Counted from the first letter of the stretch, positions 29,029 to 41,083 are shown. The stretch: 64,000 nt of DNA from Verrucomicrobiota bacterium (GCA_039798785.1 JBDKFG010000070.1:1-64000); one strand, 5' to 3'. The notes: generated by a model from the sequence alone, not told the origin. Translations and numbers: made by a program.

Positions 29029-29763
29029 TCACTTGGTCACGGCGGGTTGGGAAAGGGCGGGCTTGTCGCTGGCGCAGGACTCGCACTTGATGAAGCCGAA
29101 GTAGATCGGGAAGCTGGAGTAGCCGAGTGCGAAGAAGATCGCGAGGCCGACGCTGATGCGGGCGAAGAGGCCGTTCCACTTGGCGTGGAAGAGGCCGAGG
29201 GTCTGGCAGGCCGACTTGAAGGCGTGCATCAGGTGGAAGCCCATGACGATCATGGCGATGATGTAGAAGGCGGAGTAGGCGGGAATTTCAAAAAGCTTGG
29301 TGACGCATGTGTAGAGATCTCGGACCTTATCGCCGTCGATCATCACTGTTTCTTCCTTGCTGAACATGCCGAACTTGAAGCTGACGAGGTGGAGCACGAG
29401 GAAGACCAGAATGGTGAGGCCGCTATGCAGCATGCCGCGGGAATATGGGTTCGACTTGCCGAAGGTGTTGCGGACGGCATAGGCCTGGGGGCGGGCGGCC
29501 TTGTTCTTCAGCGACACCTGGATGGCGGCGACGATGTGAACCAGGAAGATGGCCAGGAGGACGACTTCGGCTCCGTAGATCAAGGGGGTCGAGCTGAGCA
29601 TGTGGGCATAGGCGTTGAACTTGTCGGCGCCCCCGAAGGCGGGGAAGAGCGTCAGGTTGCCGAGCAGGTGAACGAAGAGGAAGCCGATCAGCAAGAGGCC
29701 AGTGACCGCCATGGTCACCTTCTTGCCGAGCGTGCTTGTGAAGAAGCAGGCGCACTTGTTCAT
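29029..29763 (-). CDS. sdhC: Succinate dehydrogenase cytochrome b subunit
   Basis: [19 protein letters not shown]; five TM segments with His ligands; first gene of the sdh operon. Confidence 0.93.
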   Translation of the reverse strand: MNKCACFFTSTLGKKVTMAVTGLLLIGFLFVHLLGNLTLFPAFGGADKFNAYAHMLSSTPLIYGAEVVLLAIFLVHIVAAIQVSLKNKAARPQAYAVRNTFGKSNPYSRGMLHSGLTILVFLVLHLVSFKFGMFSKEETVMIDGDKVRDLYTCVTKLFEIPAYSAFYIIAMIVMGFHLMHAFKSACQTLGLFHAKWNGLFARISVGLAIFFALGYSSFPIYFGFIKCESCASDKPALSQPAVTK

Positions 29764-29973
29764 TTTCTTTTCTAGTCCTTTGTTTTTCTCTGGGAAATTG
29801 GCGAGTCCGGGAAGGACGGCCCGGAATATGCACCCGGAGATCGATAACGGCAAAGAATCCGGGCGGTTTTTTTGCTCTATTTCAGCATCATAGTGTCATA
29901 ACGGAAGTTGCGAATTTGACTGGGAACTTCCGCCGGAGAAAGCAGATTGCGGTGGAAAACATACAGGTTGAGG

Positions 29974-30543
29974 ATGAAGGACGAAGATTGGGCGGATCTT
30001 GAGGCGGCAGTGCAGGGCGAAGAAGCCGCCTTGGTCCGTCTCTATGAAAAACACCGCGGTTTTGTCTTCAATCTCGCCCGTCGCTTCACCCAAAATCCCG
30101 ATGACGCGGCCGATGTCCTTCAGGAGGTCTTCAGCCATCTATGCCGCAAGGCGCCCGCCCTTCGACTGAATTGCGCCTTGCGCACCTGGCTCTACGCAGT
30201 GACCCGCAACCGCAGCATCGACCTACTGCGCAAGAAGTGGCGGCGTCAGCACGAAGGTTTGTCGGGGCAGGAAGTGGCGTCCGAAGGGGCTCCTTGCGAT
30301 GACAGCGCGAGCCTGATCGCAGAATTGAGTGCCGGTCTGGACGAAGCTCAACGCGAGCTCATCGCCCTGCGTTTCCGCGACGAGATGAGCCTCGAGGAGA
30401 TCGCCGTCCGGCTCGAGATTCCACTTGGCACGGTGAAGTCACGCCTGCACTATGCTTTGGCTCTGCTGCGCCGCCGCAATCCCATGGCCCTCCTCCTGCT
30501 GATGGCGCTGGACGAAGCAGCTCAGGCTGCAAGATCGTGCTAG
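29974..30543 (+). CDS. ECF sigma-70 factor
   Basis: DAADVLQEVF, TWLYAVTRNRSIDLLRK, SLEEIAVRLEIPLGTVKSRLHYA. Confidence 0.92.
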   Translation: MKDEDWADLEAAVQGEEAALVRLYEKHRGFVFNLARRFTQNPDDAADVLQEVFSHLCRKAPALRLNCALRTWLYAVTRNRSIDLLRKKWRRQHEGLSGQEVASEGAPCDDSASLIAELSAGLDEAQRELIALRFRDEMSLEEIAVRLEIPLGTVKSRLHYALALLRRRNPMALLLLMALDEAAQAARSC

Positions 30544-30754
30544 TCGTACTATCCTGAATACAAAGGAATGTACTGTAGTTATCGCAACAACAATGCTTAA
30601 TGATCAAATAAGAGTTGCTTACAACTTATCGTCAGCCGGTGATTGAATTCGCGCTCATCAAGCTCCTTCGCCCCCTAGTGTCAATTTCCGCTCCGATGCT
30701 AAATTCGCGGCCTTCGCAATAAAATCCCAAGCTCCCAACCCCGCGGTCACCGAC

Positions 30755-33202
30755 ATGAAACTCTCCCTCTCCTGGATCCAGGAATTCACCGACGCCAAGA
30801 TCGATCTCACCCCCCTCGAGCTGAGCTCGAAGATCTCCCTCTCCGTCGCCGAAGTCGAAGATGTCCATGTCACCGGCGTCGCCCTGACCCAGGTCCGCGT
30901 CTGCGAAATCCTCGCCACCCAGCCGCACCCCAACGCCGACAAGCTCCGCCTCGCCACCATCCGCGCCGGCGGCGAGGAACGCCAGATCGTCTGCGGCGCC
31001 GGCAACTGCCGCCCCGGCATCAAGGTCCCCTTCGCCGACCTCGGCGCCAAGCTCCCCTACACCGACAAGGAAGGCAAGCCGGCCATCCTCGAGATCAAGA
31101 AGGCGGCCATCCGCGGCGTCGAATCCACCGGCATGCTCTGCTCGGCCAAGGAACTCGGCCTCGCCGAAGCCTCCGACGGCCTGCTCGAACTGCCCGACAG
31201 CACTCCCGTCGGCGCCAAGCTCTCCGAACTGCCCGCCTACCGCGCCGAGGCCGACCTGGTCCTCGAGATCGACAACAAGTCGCTCACCCACCGCCCCGAC
31301 CTCTGGGGCCACTACGGCTTCGCCCGCGAATTCGCCGCGGTCTTCGGCGGCGCCCTCAAGCCCTACCCGGGCCTCGAACCGGACTCGAAGGCGACCAGCG
31401 CCTGGCAAGTCGCCATCGCCAATCCCGAACTCTGCCGCCGCTACTCCTGCCTCGAAGTCGAAGGCCTCGACGCCGGCCCCTCGCCGGAATGGCTCCAGAC
31501 CCGCCTCCGCCAGGGCGGCATCGGCAGCATCAACAAGCTGGTCGACGTCACCAACTTCATCCTCCTCGAACTCGGCCAGCCGATGCACGCCTTCGACGCC
31601 GACAAGCTCGCCGCCAAACAGGTCAGCGTCCGCGCCGCGGCCGAAGGTGAATCCTTCGCCGCCCTCAACGGCCAGTCCTACACCCTCAAGACCAGCGACC
31701 TGGTGATCGACATCGGCGGCCGCGCCGAAGCTCTCGCCGGCGTCATGGGCGGCGCCCACTCGGCGGTCTCCGCCAGCACCACCCGCCTCCTCCTCGAATC
31801 GGCCAACTTCCACGCCGCCGGCGTCCGCCGCACCGCCACCCGCACCGGCCTGCGCTCCGACTCCTCCGCCCGCTTCGAAAAGTCGCTCGACCCCGAGAAC
31901 TGCGACAAGGCCCTCCGCCGCGCCTGGCAGCTCCTCAAGGAACTCTGCCCCGCCGCCCGCTGCGTCGGCGGCATCGTCGACTCCTACCCCGCCCCCTACC
32001 CGGCCCTCAGCATCCAGACCAGCTACGCCTTCCTCGCCAGCCGCCTCGGCACCGACGTCGGCAAGGCCTTCATCGATGACAAGCTCGCCCGCCTCGGATT
32101 CTCCCTCAAGGGCGACCTCGATATCGCCATCCCCTCCTGGCGCGCCACCAAGGACGTCGCCATCGCCGAGGACATCGTCGAAGAGATCGGCCGCCTCTAC
32201 GGCTACGACAACATCCCCTCGATGGCGGTCACCCTGCCCGACTCGATCCCCGCCCCCAACCCCGCCCGCAAGCTCGAACGCGAACTCAAGAACGTCCTCG
32301 CCAACGGCTGGAACGCCACCGAGATCATGAGCTACCCCTGGTGCGGCGACAAGGAGCTCGCCACCTACGGCCTCAAGCCGGACGGCCTGATGACGCTCGT
32401 CAACTCCCTCTCCGAAGACGCCAAGTACATGAAGACCACCGACATCCCCAAGATCATCGCGGCGGTGTCGGAAAACCTCAAGTACCGCGACTCCTTCCGC
32501 CTCTTCAACTTCACCCGCGTCTACGACACCACGGTGATGAAGGGCCTCCTCCCCACCGAACGCTTCCAGTTCACCGGCGCCTTCGTCCCCGCCGCCGACA
32601 AGAAGGACGCGCTCCAGACCCAGAGCTTCGCCGACGCCAAGGCCTGCGTCCTCGACCTCCTCCGCACCGCCGGTCTCGCCGGCTTCACCGTCGAGGAACT
32701 GCGCGACAAATCGGCCCCCTGGATCCACCCCGGCATCGCCTGCGGCCTCTACCGCGGCAAACAGCTCATCGCCCAGATCTTCAAGCTCCACCCCGCCGTC
32801 GCCGCGACCCAGGACATCAAGGCCAACGCCTACCTCTTCCAGGTCGACTTCGACGCTCTCGTCGGCGCCGAACGCAAGTTCAAATACAAGCCGGTCGCCC
32901 GCTTCCCCAGTGTCGACTTCGACATCACCGCCCTGGTCAACGAACGCGCCCTCGCCGGCAGCCTCCAGACCGCCATCACCAAGGCCCTCGGCGCCAGCCT
33001 CACCGGCATCGAAGTGGTCTCCATCTACCAGGGCGACAACCTCGGCCCGGGCAAGAAGACCATCTCCTACCGGATGACCGTCGCCTCCGACGAACGCACC
33101 CTCGCCCCCGACGAGATCCTCGACCTCAACCGCAAGGCGGTCAAAGCGGTCCTCAACGCCGGCGCCGAAATCCCCAACCTGCCGGAAGTGCTGAAGAGCT
33201 GA
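30755..33202 (+). CDS. pheT: Phenylalanine--tRNA ligase beta subunit
   Basis: HPNADKL, IVCGA.N, S.GMLCS.KELG, GQPMHAFD, DIVEEIGRLYGYD, C-terminal FDX-ACB domain. Confidence 0.96.
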   Translation: MKLSLSWIQEFTDAKIDLTPLELSSKISLSVAEVEDVHVTGVALTQVRVCEILATQPHPNADKLRLATIRAGGEERQIVCGAGNCRPGIKVPFADLGAKLPYTDKEGKPAILEIKKAAIRGVESTGMLCSAKELGLAEASDGLLELPDSTPVGAKLSELPAYRAEADLVLEIDNKSLTHRPDLWGHYGFAREFAAVFGGALKPYPGLEPDSKATSAWQVAIANPELCRRYSCLEVEGLDAGPSPEWLQTRLRQGGIGSINKLVDVTNFILLELGQPMHAFDADKLAAKQVSVRAAAEGESFAALNGQSYTLKTSDLVIDIGGRAEALAGVMGGAHSAVSASTTRLLLESANFHAAGVRRTATRTGLRSDSSARFEKSLDPENCDKALRRAWQLLKELCPAARCVGGIVDSYPAPYPALSIQTSYAFLASRLGTDVGKAFIDDKLARLGFSLKGDLDIAIPSWRATKDVAIAEDIVEEIGRLYGYDNIPSMAVTLPDSIPAPNPARKLERELKNVLANGWNATEIMSYPWCGDKELATYGLKPDGLMTLVNSLSEDAKYMKTTDIPKIIAAVSENLKYRDSFRLFNFTRVYDTTVMKGLLPTERFQFTGAFVPAADKKDALQTQSFADAKACVLDLLRTAGLAGFTVEELRDKSAPWIHPGIACGLYRGKQLIAQIFKLHPAVAATQDIKANAYLFQVDFDALVGAERKFKYKPVARFPSVDFDITALVNERALAGSLQTAITKALGASLTGIEVVSIYQGDNLGPGKKTISYRMTVASDERTLAPDEILDLNRKAVKAVLNAGAEIPNLPEVLKS

Positions 33203-33236
33203 GCCTCGTCCCTTTCGTTCCCTGGGAGCGTCCCCA

Positions 33237-33455
33237 GGGAGCGCGCCAGCCCCCTGGCGCCTCGTTCCTTGGGAGCGCGCCAGCCCCCTGGCGCTCTTCC
33301 TTTCCTCGTTCCTCCTTTCGCCCATCGCGCCAGCCGCGTTACCTTACCTCACGAGGGGTAAACGATGAACGATGAACAAGAACACGGCGCCAGGGGGCTG
33401 GCGCGCTCCCAGGCGAACGACGAACGGCACGGCGCCAGGGGGCTGGCGCGCTCCC
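33237..33455. repeat. REP cluster: two forward (33237-33260, 33271-33294) and two reverse (33387-33410, 33432-33455) copies of GGGAGCGCGCCAGCCCCCTGGCGC
   Basis: Four identical 24-mers, each with a gcgccag-cccc-ctggcgc hairpin, arranged as nested inverted pairs. Confidence 0.92.
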
Positions 33456-33505
33456 AGGCGAACGACGAAAGAAACGGCGACGAGAGGGCATCCCGGGAGA
33501 AGGAG

Positions 33506-34273
33506 ATGCGATTGGTCGAGGGACGCGGTTGGCATTCGCGCGGCTACCTGCCCCATTTTGATCGACGCTACAGCGTGCAGTCGATCACCATCCACCTCGG
33601 TGACAGCCTGCCGCAGGAGAAACTCCAGCGACTCGAGGAAGAGCTGAAGGATCTGAGCCAGAGCGAACGCGACCTGAAACGACGTCAAACGATCCAGAGC
33701 TGGCTCGACGCCGGGCACGGCAGCTGTGTTTTGCGGCATCCGCGAGCGGCGGCGATTTTGGAGGCCACCTTGCTCCATTTCGACGGCATCCACTACCGCC
33801 TGCTGGAATGGGTGGTCATGCCCAACCATCTGCATGTGTTGATTGAGATCATCGGAACAATGACTTTAGGCGACATTGTCAAAGGCTGGAAGACGGTCAG
33901 TGCCAAGGCCATTTGTGAAGCTCTTGCTCCTGCCCCTCCCCTGGGAGCGCGCCAGCCCCCTGGCGCTCTTCCTTTCGCCCAGGAAGAAAAGACGTCCACA
34001 ACGCAAGAGCAAAACGCTGAACACCAAGCCAGCGCCGGGGAACCGCCGCGCTCGCCGCGGCAAGATGCGGGCTGTCCCTTGTCCCGCAAGGGTTTTTGGC
34101 ATTTGGATTTTTTCGATCGCTTCATCCGCAACGGCGAGCATTATGCCAATGCGGTGAGATACATCCACAACAATCCGAAGGAAGCCGGTCTTGTGCGGGA
34201 AGCGCAAGATTGGCCCTGGGGAAGCGCCAGGTTCTTGCCCCCTCGCGAAGGGCGGAAACACGAGGAACGATAA
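33506..34273 (+). mobile_element. REP-associated tyrosine transposase (RAYT, Y1 HUH family)
   Basis: GWHSRGYLPHFD, ITIHLGDSLP, WLDAGHGSC, VVMPNHLH (HUH), FW..FFDRFIRN..Y...RYIHNNP..AGL...WPWGSA. An alternative start at 33365 would add REP-encoded repeats. Confidence 0.92.
33943..33966 (+). repeat. REP copy inside the RAYT ORF
   Basis: Exact GGGAGCGCGCCAGCCCCCTGGCGC. Confidence 0.92.
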
Positions 34274-34277
34274 CCCC

Positions 34278-34301
34278 GCGCCAGAGGGCTGGCGCGCTCC
34301 C
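34278..34301 (-). repeat. REP copy downstream of the RAYT
   Basis: gcgccagagggctggcgcgctccc, one mismatch in the loop. Confidence 0.9.
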
Positions 34302-34352
34302 AGCAGCCCCCCAGGAGCAGCGCGCCTTGCCGGCGGCGGATTATCTTGCGAC

Positions 34353-34697
34353 ATGCACCTCGCCGAAACCCTCGAAGACCTGCTCAGCCCGCTCGGCCTG
34401 ATCGAAACCCGCCGCATGTTCGGCGGGGCGGGGATGCGCTGCAACGGCACCTTCTTCGCCATTCTCGACGAGGATGCGGTCTACTTCCGCGGCTTCTCGT
34501 CCCGCGCCCGCCATTTCTTCGAGGTCGAACAGGGCCTCGCTCCCTTCGAATACACCGCCCGCGGCCGCCTCATCCGCCTCCGCTACTTCCGCATCCCCCT
34601 CGAACTGCTCGACGAACCCCGCCGCTTGCAGGAATGGACCCGGCTCGCCCTCGAGGACGAAAACCCTCAACCGAAAAAACGCAGGCCGAAGAGCTGA
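34353..34697 (+). CDS. TfoX/Sxy N-terminal domain protein
   Basis: LG.IETRRMFGGAG...FFAIL..D.VYFR...PFEY..RG...LRYFRIP. Confidence 0.88.
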   Translation: MHLAETLEDLLSPLGLIETRRMFGGAGMRCNGTFFAILDEDAVYFRGFSSRARHFFEVEQGLAPFEYTARGRLIRLRYFRIPLELLDEPRRLQEWTRLALEDENPQPKKRRPKS

Positions 34698-34732
34698 GGT
34701 CGACCAGTAAGAGGCGCACGGAGAATCCAGGC

Positions 34733-36274
34733 TTATTCAAGAAAATGCTTGAGCGCGGGTCCCAGCACCGGATCAAGCGCCGGCTTGAAGGGGGAGAGAA
34801 GCTCGGCGGTGTAATAAGCAGCGGTTTCATTGGGATGATCATTGCAGTTGCGGGCGGCGGGGAGTCGCTGCAGCAAAGCCGGGAAGCTCCTGGGGAAATC
34901 ACGGCCGGCGCTAGAGTCCAGGGTGATCTTGCCGTCGGCACCGCGCAGCACAGGATAAGCCTTGCCGACAAAATCGCGCCCCATGATCGGCTTATCCAGC
35001 TGTCCCAGAAGGGTCAGGGGAACCCAATCGCGGCCGTCCTCGGCGAAGCTGAAGAAAGTGCTCATCGCATCAGGATTGGGAAGGTAAGCGGGTAGCAATG
35101 CTGCGGGCAGATTCAGTCCCGGAACGGCGGTGAAGCCGACCGGCTCGGCGAAGCGTTGGCGGAAGCGCTCCGGATAGAATCGTTCCAGGACATGCATTTT
35201 CTCATGGGCGAGCAGGTTGTCGCGATGGATCGGGCTGCGCTTCATCATCGCCAGGGCCGAGGAGCTGAAGAGGATGGCCGGGCCGCGGGTGTGGGGGAAG
35301 CCGCCGCAGAAGCTGTCCTTGACCTTGATGAAGTGCCAGGGGCAGCGGTGCATCAATCCCCAGTCCTTGGCGGCGCCGTGCTTCTCCAGGCTGGTGATGC
35401 CGTCGCGCAGCATCTGCTTCTCCTCCTCGCTGAATTCGATCAGCTCCTTGGGGAAAAGCTCGCGGGCGGCCTTGAGGGCGGCGGCGGGCTCGTCGGGGAT
35501 GTCGTAGCGGCGCAGGAAGGCGCGGACAGCCGCCGGCGACAAAGAGGAGAGATAGGGTTCCCAACTTTCGTCGAGCATCAGCTTCGCCCCGGCCGCGGCA
35601 CTGAAGAACTTCACCCGCTCCTGCACCAGGGGCGATTTCAAGACCACGTCGCGCTGATGCTGATTGATGCCATCGACCCCGAGACGCTCGGCGTAGGGGC
35701 CGTCGCCCTGGACGTTGGGCACATCGTCGGGAACGAGCGGGTCGTCGACGGCGTGGATCAGGCCGAAGCAGTGGCCGACCTCGTGGGCGACGACGAACTC
35801 CAGCATGTCCGGGTCGTTGTCCTTTTCGGGCAGGCAGACGAAGCAGACGTCGCCATTCAATTTGCCGCGGCCGCAAGTCTGGGCCCGGCCGTCGAGGGCG
35901 CTGACGAAGATGAGGTTGACGATTTCGCCTTGGCCGCGCAGGACCCCGGCTTTTTTCGCTTCTTCGCAAACCCGGTCGAGGTTCATCTCGCCGCGCAGGA
36001 CCTTGCCGTTGCGCCAGATCCGCGGCTCCAGGTAGAGAAACTCCAGATCGGCCTTGGTGTAACACCGGTCGACCAGCTTCTTCGGGAAGCAGGTGTTGGC
36101 CTGGACCTTGCCTTCATCGTCGGCCAGAACGATGGGATTGAGGAGAACGACTCGCGAGCGCGGAGCCGCGGGCTTTTCGACGCCGGCGGTGGCGGTGGCG
36201 GTGGCGCTGGCGGAGCCTTCCGCCTGCAGGAAGGGAGCGGCGGCGAGGACGAGGGCGGCGAGAAGGGATTTCAT
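34733..36274 (-). CDS. Secreted protein with two predicted zinc-metallopeptidase domains
   Basis: Signal peptide; HEVGHCFGLIH and GFPHTRG...AHEKMH...NPD...HPNE. Confidence 0.75.
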   Translation of the reverse strand: MKSLLAALVLAAAPFLQAEGSASATATATAGVEKPAAPRSRVVLLNPIVLADDEGKVQANTCFPKKLVDRCYTKADLEFLYLEPRIWRNGKVLRGEMNLDRVCEEAKKAGVLRGQGEIVNLIFVSALDGRAQTCGRGKLNGDVCFVCLPEKDNDPDMLEFVVAHEVGHCFGLIHAVDDPLVPDDVPNVQGDGPYAERLGVDGINQHQRDVVLKSPLVQERVKFFSAAAGAKLMLDESWEPYLSSLSPAAVRAFLRRYDIPDEPAAALKAARELFPKELIEFSEEEKQMLRDGITSLEKHGAAKDWGLMHRCPWHFIKVKDSFCGGFPHTRGPAILFSSSALAMMKRSPIHRDNLLAHEKMHVLERFYPERFRQRFAEPVGFTAVPGLNLPAALLPAYLPNPDAMSTFFSFAEDGRDWVPLTLLGQLDKPIMGRDFVGKAYPVLRGADGKITLDSSAGRDFPRSFPALLQRLPAARNCNDHPNETAAYYTAELLSPFKPALDPVLGPALKHFLE

Positions 36275-36385
36275 CAATTGGGACTCCAGGATTGGCGTTC
36301 GAGAGAATATACGCATGATGCGGCGGTTTTTCGTAGCCGAGCTAGATTGGCGCGTTCACCACCATACCCGGAGCCTGCAAGATTT

Positions 36386-38383
36386 ATGATCCCTGCCAAG
36401 CTTTCCAGCCTTCTCCGTCCCAAGGGTGCCCACACTCACAATCACGACGGCTCCTGCTGCGGCCATGAACACCATCACCCCGGCGAGGCGCACAAAGGCC
36501 CCTCCCTCGATGACCACTCGCACGCCCACGTCCCCTTCTGGGTGGTCTGCTTCGGCGGCCTCCTGATCGTCAACTCCTACATCGCCGACAAGGTCTTCGG
36601 AGCCGATTCGCTGCAAGGCGTCGTCTCCGCTCTCGCCGCCGCCCTCCTCCTCTCCCTGCCGATCTTCTGGACCACCCTGAAAGACCTCGCCGCCGGCCGC
36701 GTCTTCATGAACGAGCTGGTCGCCCTCGCCCTCCTCGCCGCCTTCGTCGGCGAGGACTACCGCACCGTCGCCGCCGTCGCCTTCTTCATGCTCCTGGCGA
36801 TCATGATCGAACACCGCACCGCCGCCGGCGCCCTCGCCGCCATCGAAGGCCTGATCCGGATGACCCCCAGACGTGCCCTGAAACTCCAGGCCGACGGCAG
36901 CCAGCTCGAAGTCGAAGCCGCCTCCCTCCGCCCCGGCGACCTCATCCTCGTCCGCCCCGGCGATGCCCTCCCGGTCGACGGCGTCATCACCCAAGGCGCC
37001 TCCTCCCTCAACCAAGCCTCGATCACCGGCGAATCCCTGCCGGTCGACAAGACCGAACACGACGACGTCTTCGCCGGCACCCAGAACCTCACCGGCGCCC
37101 TCACCGTCAAGGTCACCCGCACCGGCAGCGACACCACCCTCGGCCAGGTCCGGAGTCTGATCGAACAGGCCGAAGCCTCGCGCCCGCCAGTGATGCGGAT
37201 GATCGACCGCTATGCCGCTTACTACGTCCCCGTCGTCCTCCTGCTCGCCGGCATCGCCTACTACTTCAGCGACTTCGATCTCAACGTCCTGGTTGCCATG
37301 CTGGTCGTCGCCTGTCCCTGCGCCCTCGTCGTTGCCACCCCCTCCGCCGTAGTCGCCGCCGTCGCCTCCTGCGCCCGCCTCGGCGTCCTGGTCCGCGACG
37401 TCGCCCAGCTGGAAGTTGCGGCCAAGGTGCGCTCGATCGTGCTTGACAAGACCGGCACGTTGACCCAGGGCATCCTCGAAGTGTCGCGCCTGCAGCCGGC
37501 GGAAGGCGTTCCTCCGGCCGAGCTCCTGCGCGCCGCCCTTAGCGCCGAAGGCTCCTCGACCCACCCGGTCGCCCGCGCCATCGTCCGTCTTGCCGAAGAG
37601 GCCGGCCTGAAATATCAAGCACCTGCCTCGGTCACCGAAGAACCCGGACGCGGCGTCCAGGCCATGGGCAGTGAAGGCCATTGCCTCGCCGGCCGCCGCA
37701 CCTGGCTCGACTCGCTGAAGATCGACACCACTACCTGTCCGGACGCCGGCTCCGCCAGCGGCAAGAGCCTGGTCTACGTTGCCAAGGACGGACGCTGCCT
37801 CGGCTGGATCGCCCTGGCCGACAAGGTCCGCCCGGAAGCCCGCGAGGCGGTGCGGCTCTTGCGAGAGCTCGGCATCGAGGACATCGCCATGGTCACAGGC
37901 GACAACGCCTCGGTGGCCCAGAGCATCGCCGTGGAAGTCGGGATCACCGAGATCCACAGCGAATGCCTGCCGGCTCAAAAGGCGGCCAAGGTCGCCGAGT
38001 TGAAAGCTTCCGGAAGCGGCGTCGCCGTGGTCGGCGACGGCGTCAACGACGCCCCCGCCCTCGCCAGCGGCGACGTCGGCATCGCGATGGGCGCCGCCGG
38101 CTCCGATATCGCCGTCAACAGCGCCTCCGTCACCCTGATGAACTCCGACCTGCGCCGCATCCCCTACTTCATCACCCTGTCCCGCCGAACCCGCACGGTG
38201 ATGACCCAGAATCTGGCCATCGGCATCCTCAGCATCGCCATCGGCATGGCTTTCAGCGCCCTCGGCTATCTCACTGGTGTCGCGGCGGCGATCCTCCACA
38301 CTCTCAGCACCCTGGTCATCATCATGAACAGCGCCCGTCTCGTCCGCGAAGGCGAGGAGCTTGAAATCGCCGCTAAAAACTGA
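36386..38383 (+). CDS. Heavy-metal translocating P1B-type ATPase with His-rich N-terminus
   Basis: TGES, CPC, DKTGT, THP, GDGVNDAP; N-terminal HTHNHDGSCCGHEHHH. Confidence 0.95.
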   Translation: MIPAKLSSLLRPKGAHTHNHDGSCCGHEHHHPGEAHKGPSLDDHSHAHVPFWVVCFGGLLIVNSYIADKVFGADSLQGVVSALAAALLLSLPIFWTTLKDLAAGRVFMNELVALALLAAFVGEDYRTVAAVAFFMLLAIMIEHRTAAGALAAIEGLIRMTPRRALKLQADGSQLEVEAASLRPGDLILVRPGDALPVDGVITQGASSLNQASITGESLPVDKTEHDDVFAGTQNLTGALTVKVTRTGSDTTLGQVRSLIEQAEASRPPVMRMIDRYAAYYVPVVLLLAGIAYYFSDFDLNVLVAMLVVACPCALVVATPSAVVAAVASCARLGVLVRDVAQLEVAAKVRSIVLDKTGTLTQGILEVSRLQPAEGVPPAELLRAALSAEGSSTHPVARAIVRLAEEAGLKYQAPASVTEEPGRGVQAMGSEGHCLAGRRTWLDSLKIDTTTCPDAGSASGKSLVYVAKDGRCLGWIALADKVRPEAREAVRLLRELGIEDIAMVTGDNASVAQSIAVEVGITEIHSECLPAQKAAKVAELKASGSGVAVVGDGVNDAPALASGDVGIAMGAAGSDIAVNSASVTLMNSDLRRIPYFITLSRRTRTVMTQNLAIGILSIAIGMAFSALGYLTGVAAAILHTLSTLVIIMNSARLVREGEELEIAAKN

Positions 38384-38464
38384 GTCAGAGAGTTGGAGCG
38401 CGAGTGCTGGGATCAGCTTTGCCAGTCCAACCCCTGATCCATCGCTGCAATCCGGGGCCACATC

Positions 38465-40381
<1,917 letters not shown>

Positions 40382-40382
40382 T

Positions 40383-41081
40383 TCAGCGACCAGGCTTCGG
40401 CGCGGCGACTGCAAGGAGGAAATTGAGTTTCGGCGTCAGGCTCGCCGCCAGAGCCGGCAAGGCGCCGGTCTCCGCCAGGAGAAAGCGCTCCTCCGGCCCG
40501 CCGAGATCGACGGCGAGGACGGCCTCTCGCCCCGCCAGTTCCTTGCCGCAATCGGCAAGGAAGGCTTCTCGACGGTAGGGAGTTTCAAGGAGCACGAGCG
40601 GCCGTTTCAAGCGGGCCAGTTCCTGCAGGCAGCGGCGGCGGGCTGCCGGCTCGCGCGGCAGCAGACCTTCACAGACAAAGCCCTTCACCGGGAAGGGGCA
40701 GGCACCGAGGATGGTGGTGACCGAGCTGGGGCCGCCGACGGAGCGGACCTGTGCGCCGAGACGGGCTGCGACCCCGACCAGGGCGGTGCCTGGGTCCTCC
40801 AGGACCGGACAGCCTTGCGAGCTCATGTAGACCGCAGTGCCGCCGTTCCCGAGGCATTGGCGGAGGGCCTCGAGCGTGCCTGCCTCCTGCTGTTCCGACC
40901 AGCGCAGCCAGGATCGGGTCAAGCCAGCGGCCTTGAGGGCGGCGCGGGCGGCGCGGTCTTCCTCGAAGATGTGCAGCTGCGCCTCGCGCAGAGCCTGCAG
41001 AGAACGCAGAGGCACGTCCTCGGGATTGCCGAGGCCATTGGCGGCCATGATCAGGGTGCCGGGAGCGCTGGCCTGGGGCAC
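40383..41081 (-). CDS. RsmI-like tetrapyrrole-family methyltransferase
   Basis: GLGNPEDVPLRS..L, G.PVLEDPG, GPSSV, LETPYR; GTG start inferred. Confidence 0.8.
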   Translation of the reverse strand: MPQASAPGTLIMAANGLGNPEDVPLRSLQALREAQLHIFEEDRAARAALKAAGLTRSWLRWSEQQEAGTLEALRQCLGNGGTAVYMSSQGCPVLEDPGTALVGVAARLGAQVRSVGGPSSVTTILGACPFPVKGFVCEGLLPREPAARRRCLQELARLKRPLVLLETPYRREAFLADCGKELAGREAVLAVDLGGPEERFLLAETGALPALAASLTPKLNFLLAVAAPKPGR

Positions 41082-41083
41082 GT

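Noticed and set aside
33237..33455. CRISPR-like 24-nt repeats
   Set aside because: Mixed orientation, irregular short spacers and an adjacent RAYT identify them as REPs.
35156..36385. 410-aa N-terminal extension of the P-type ATPase in the ORF track
   Set aside because: It overlaps the antisense metallopeptidase gene; the real start is most likely ATG 36386, before the His-rich segment.
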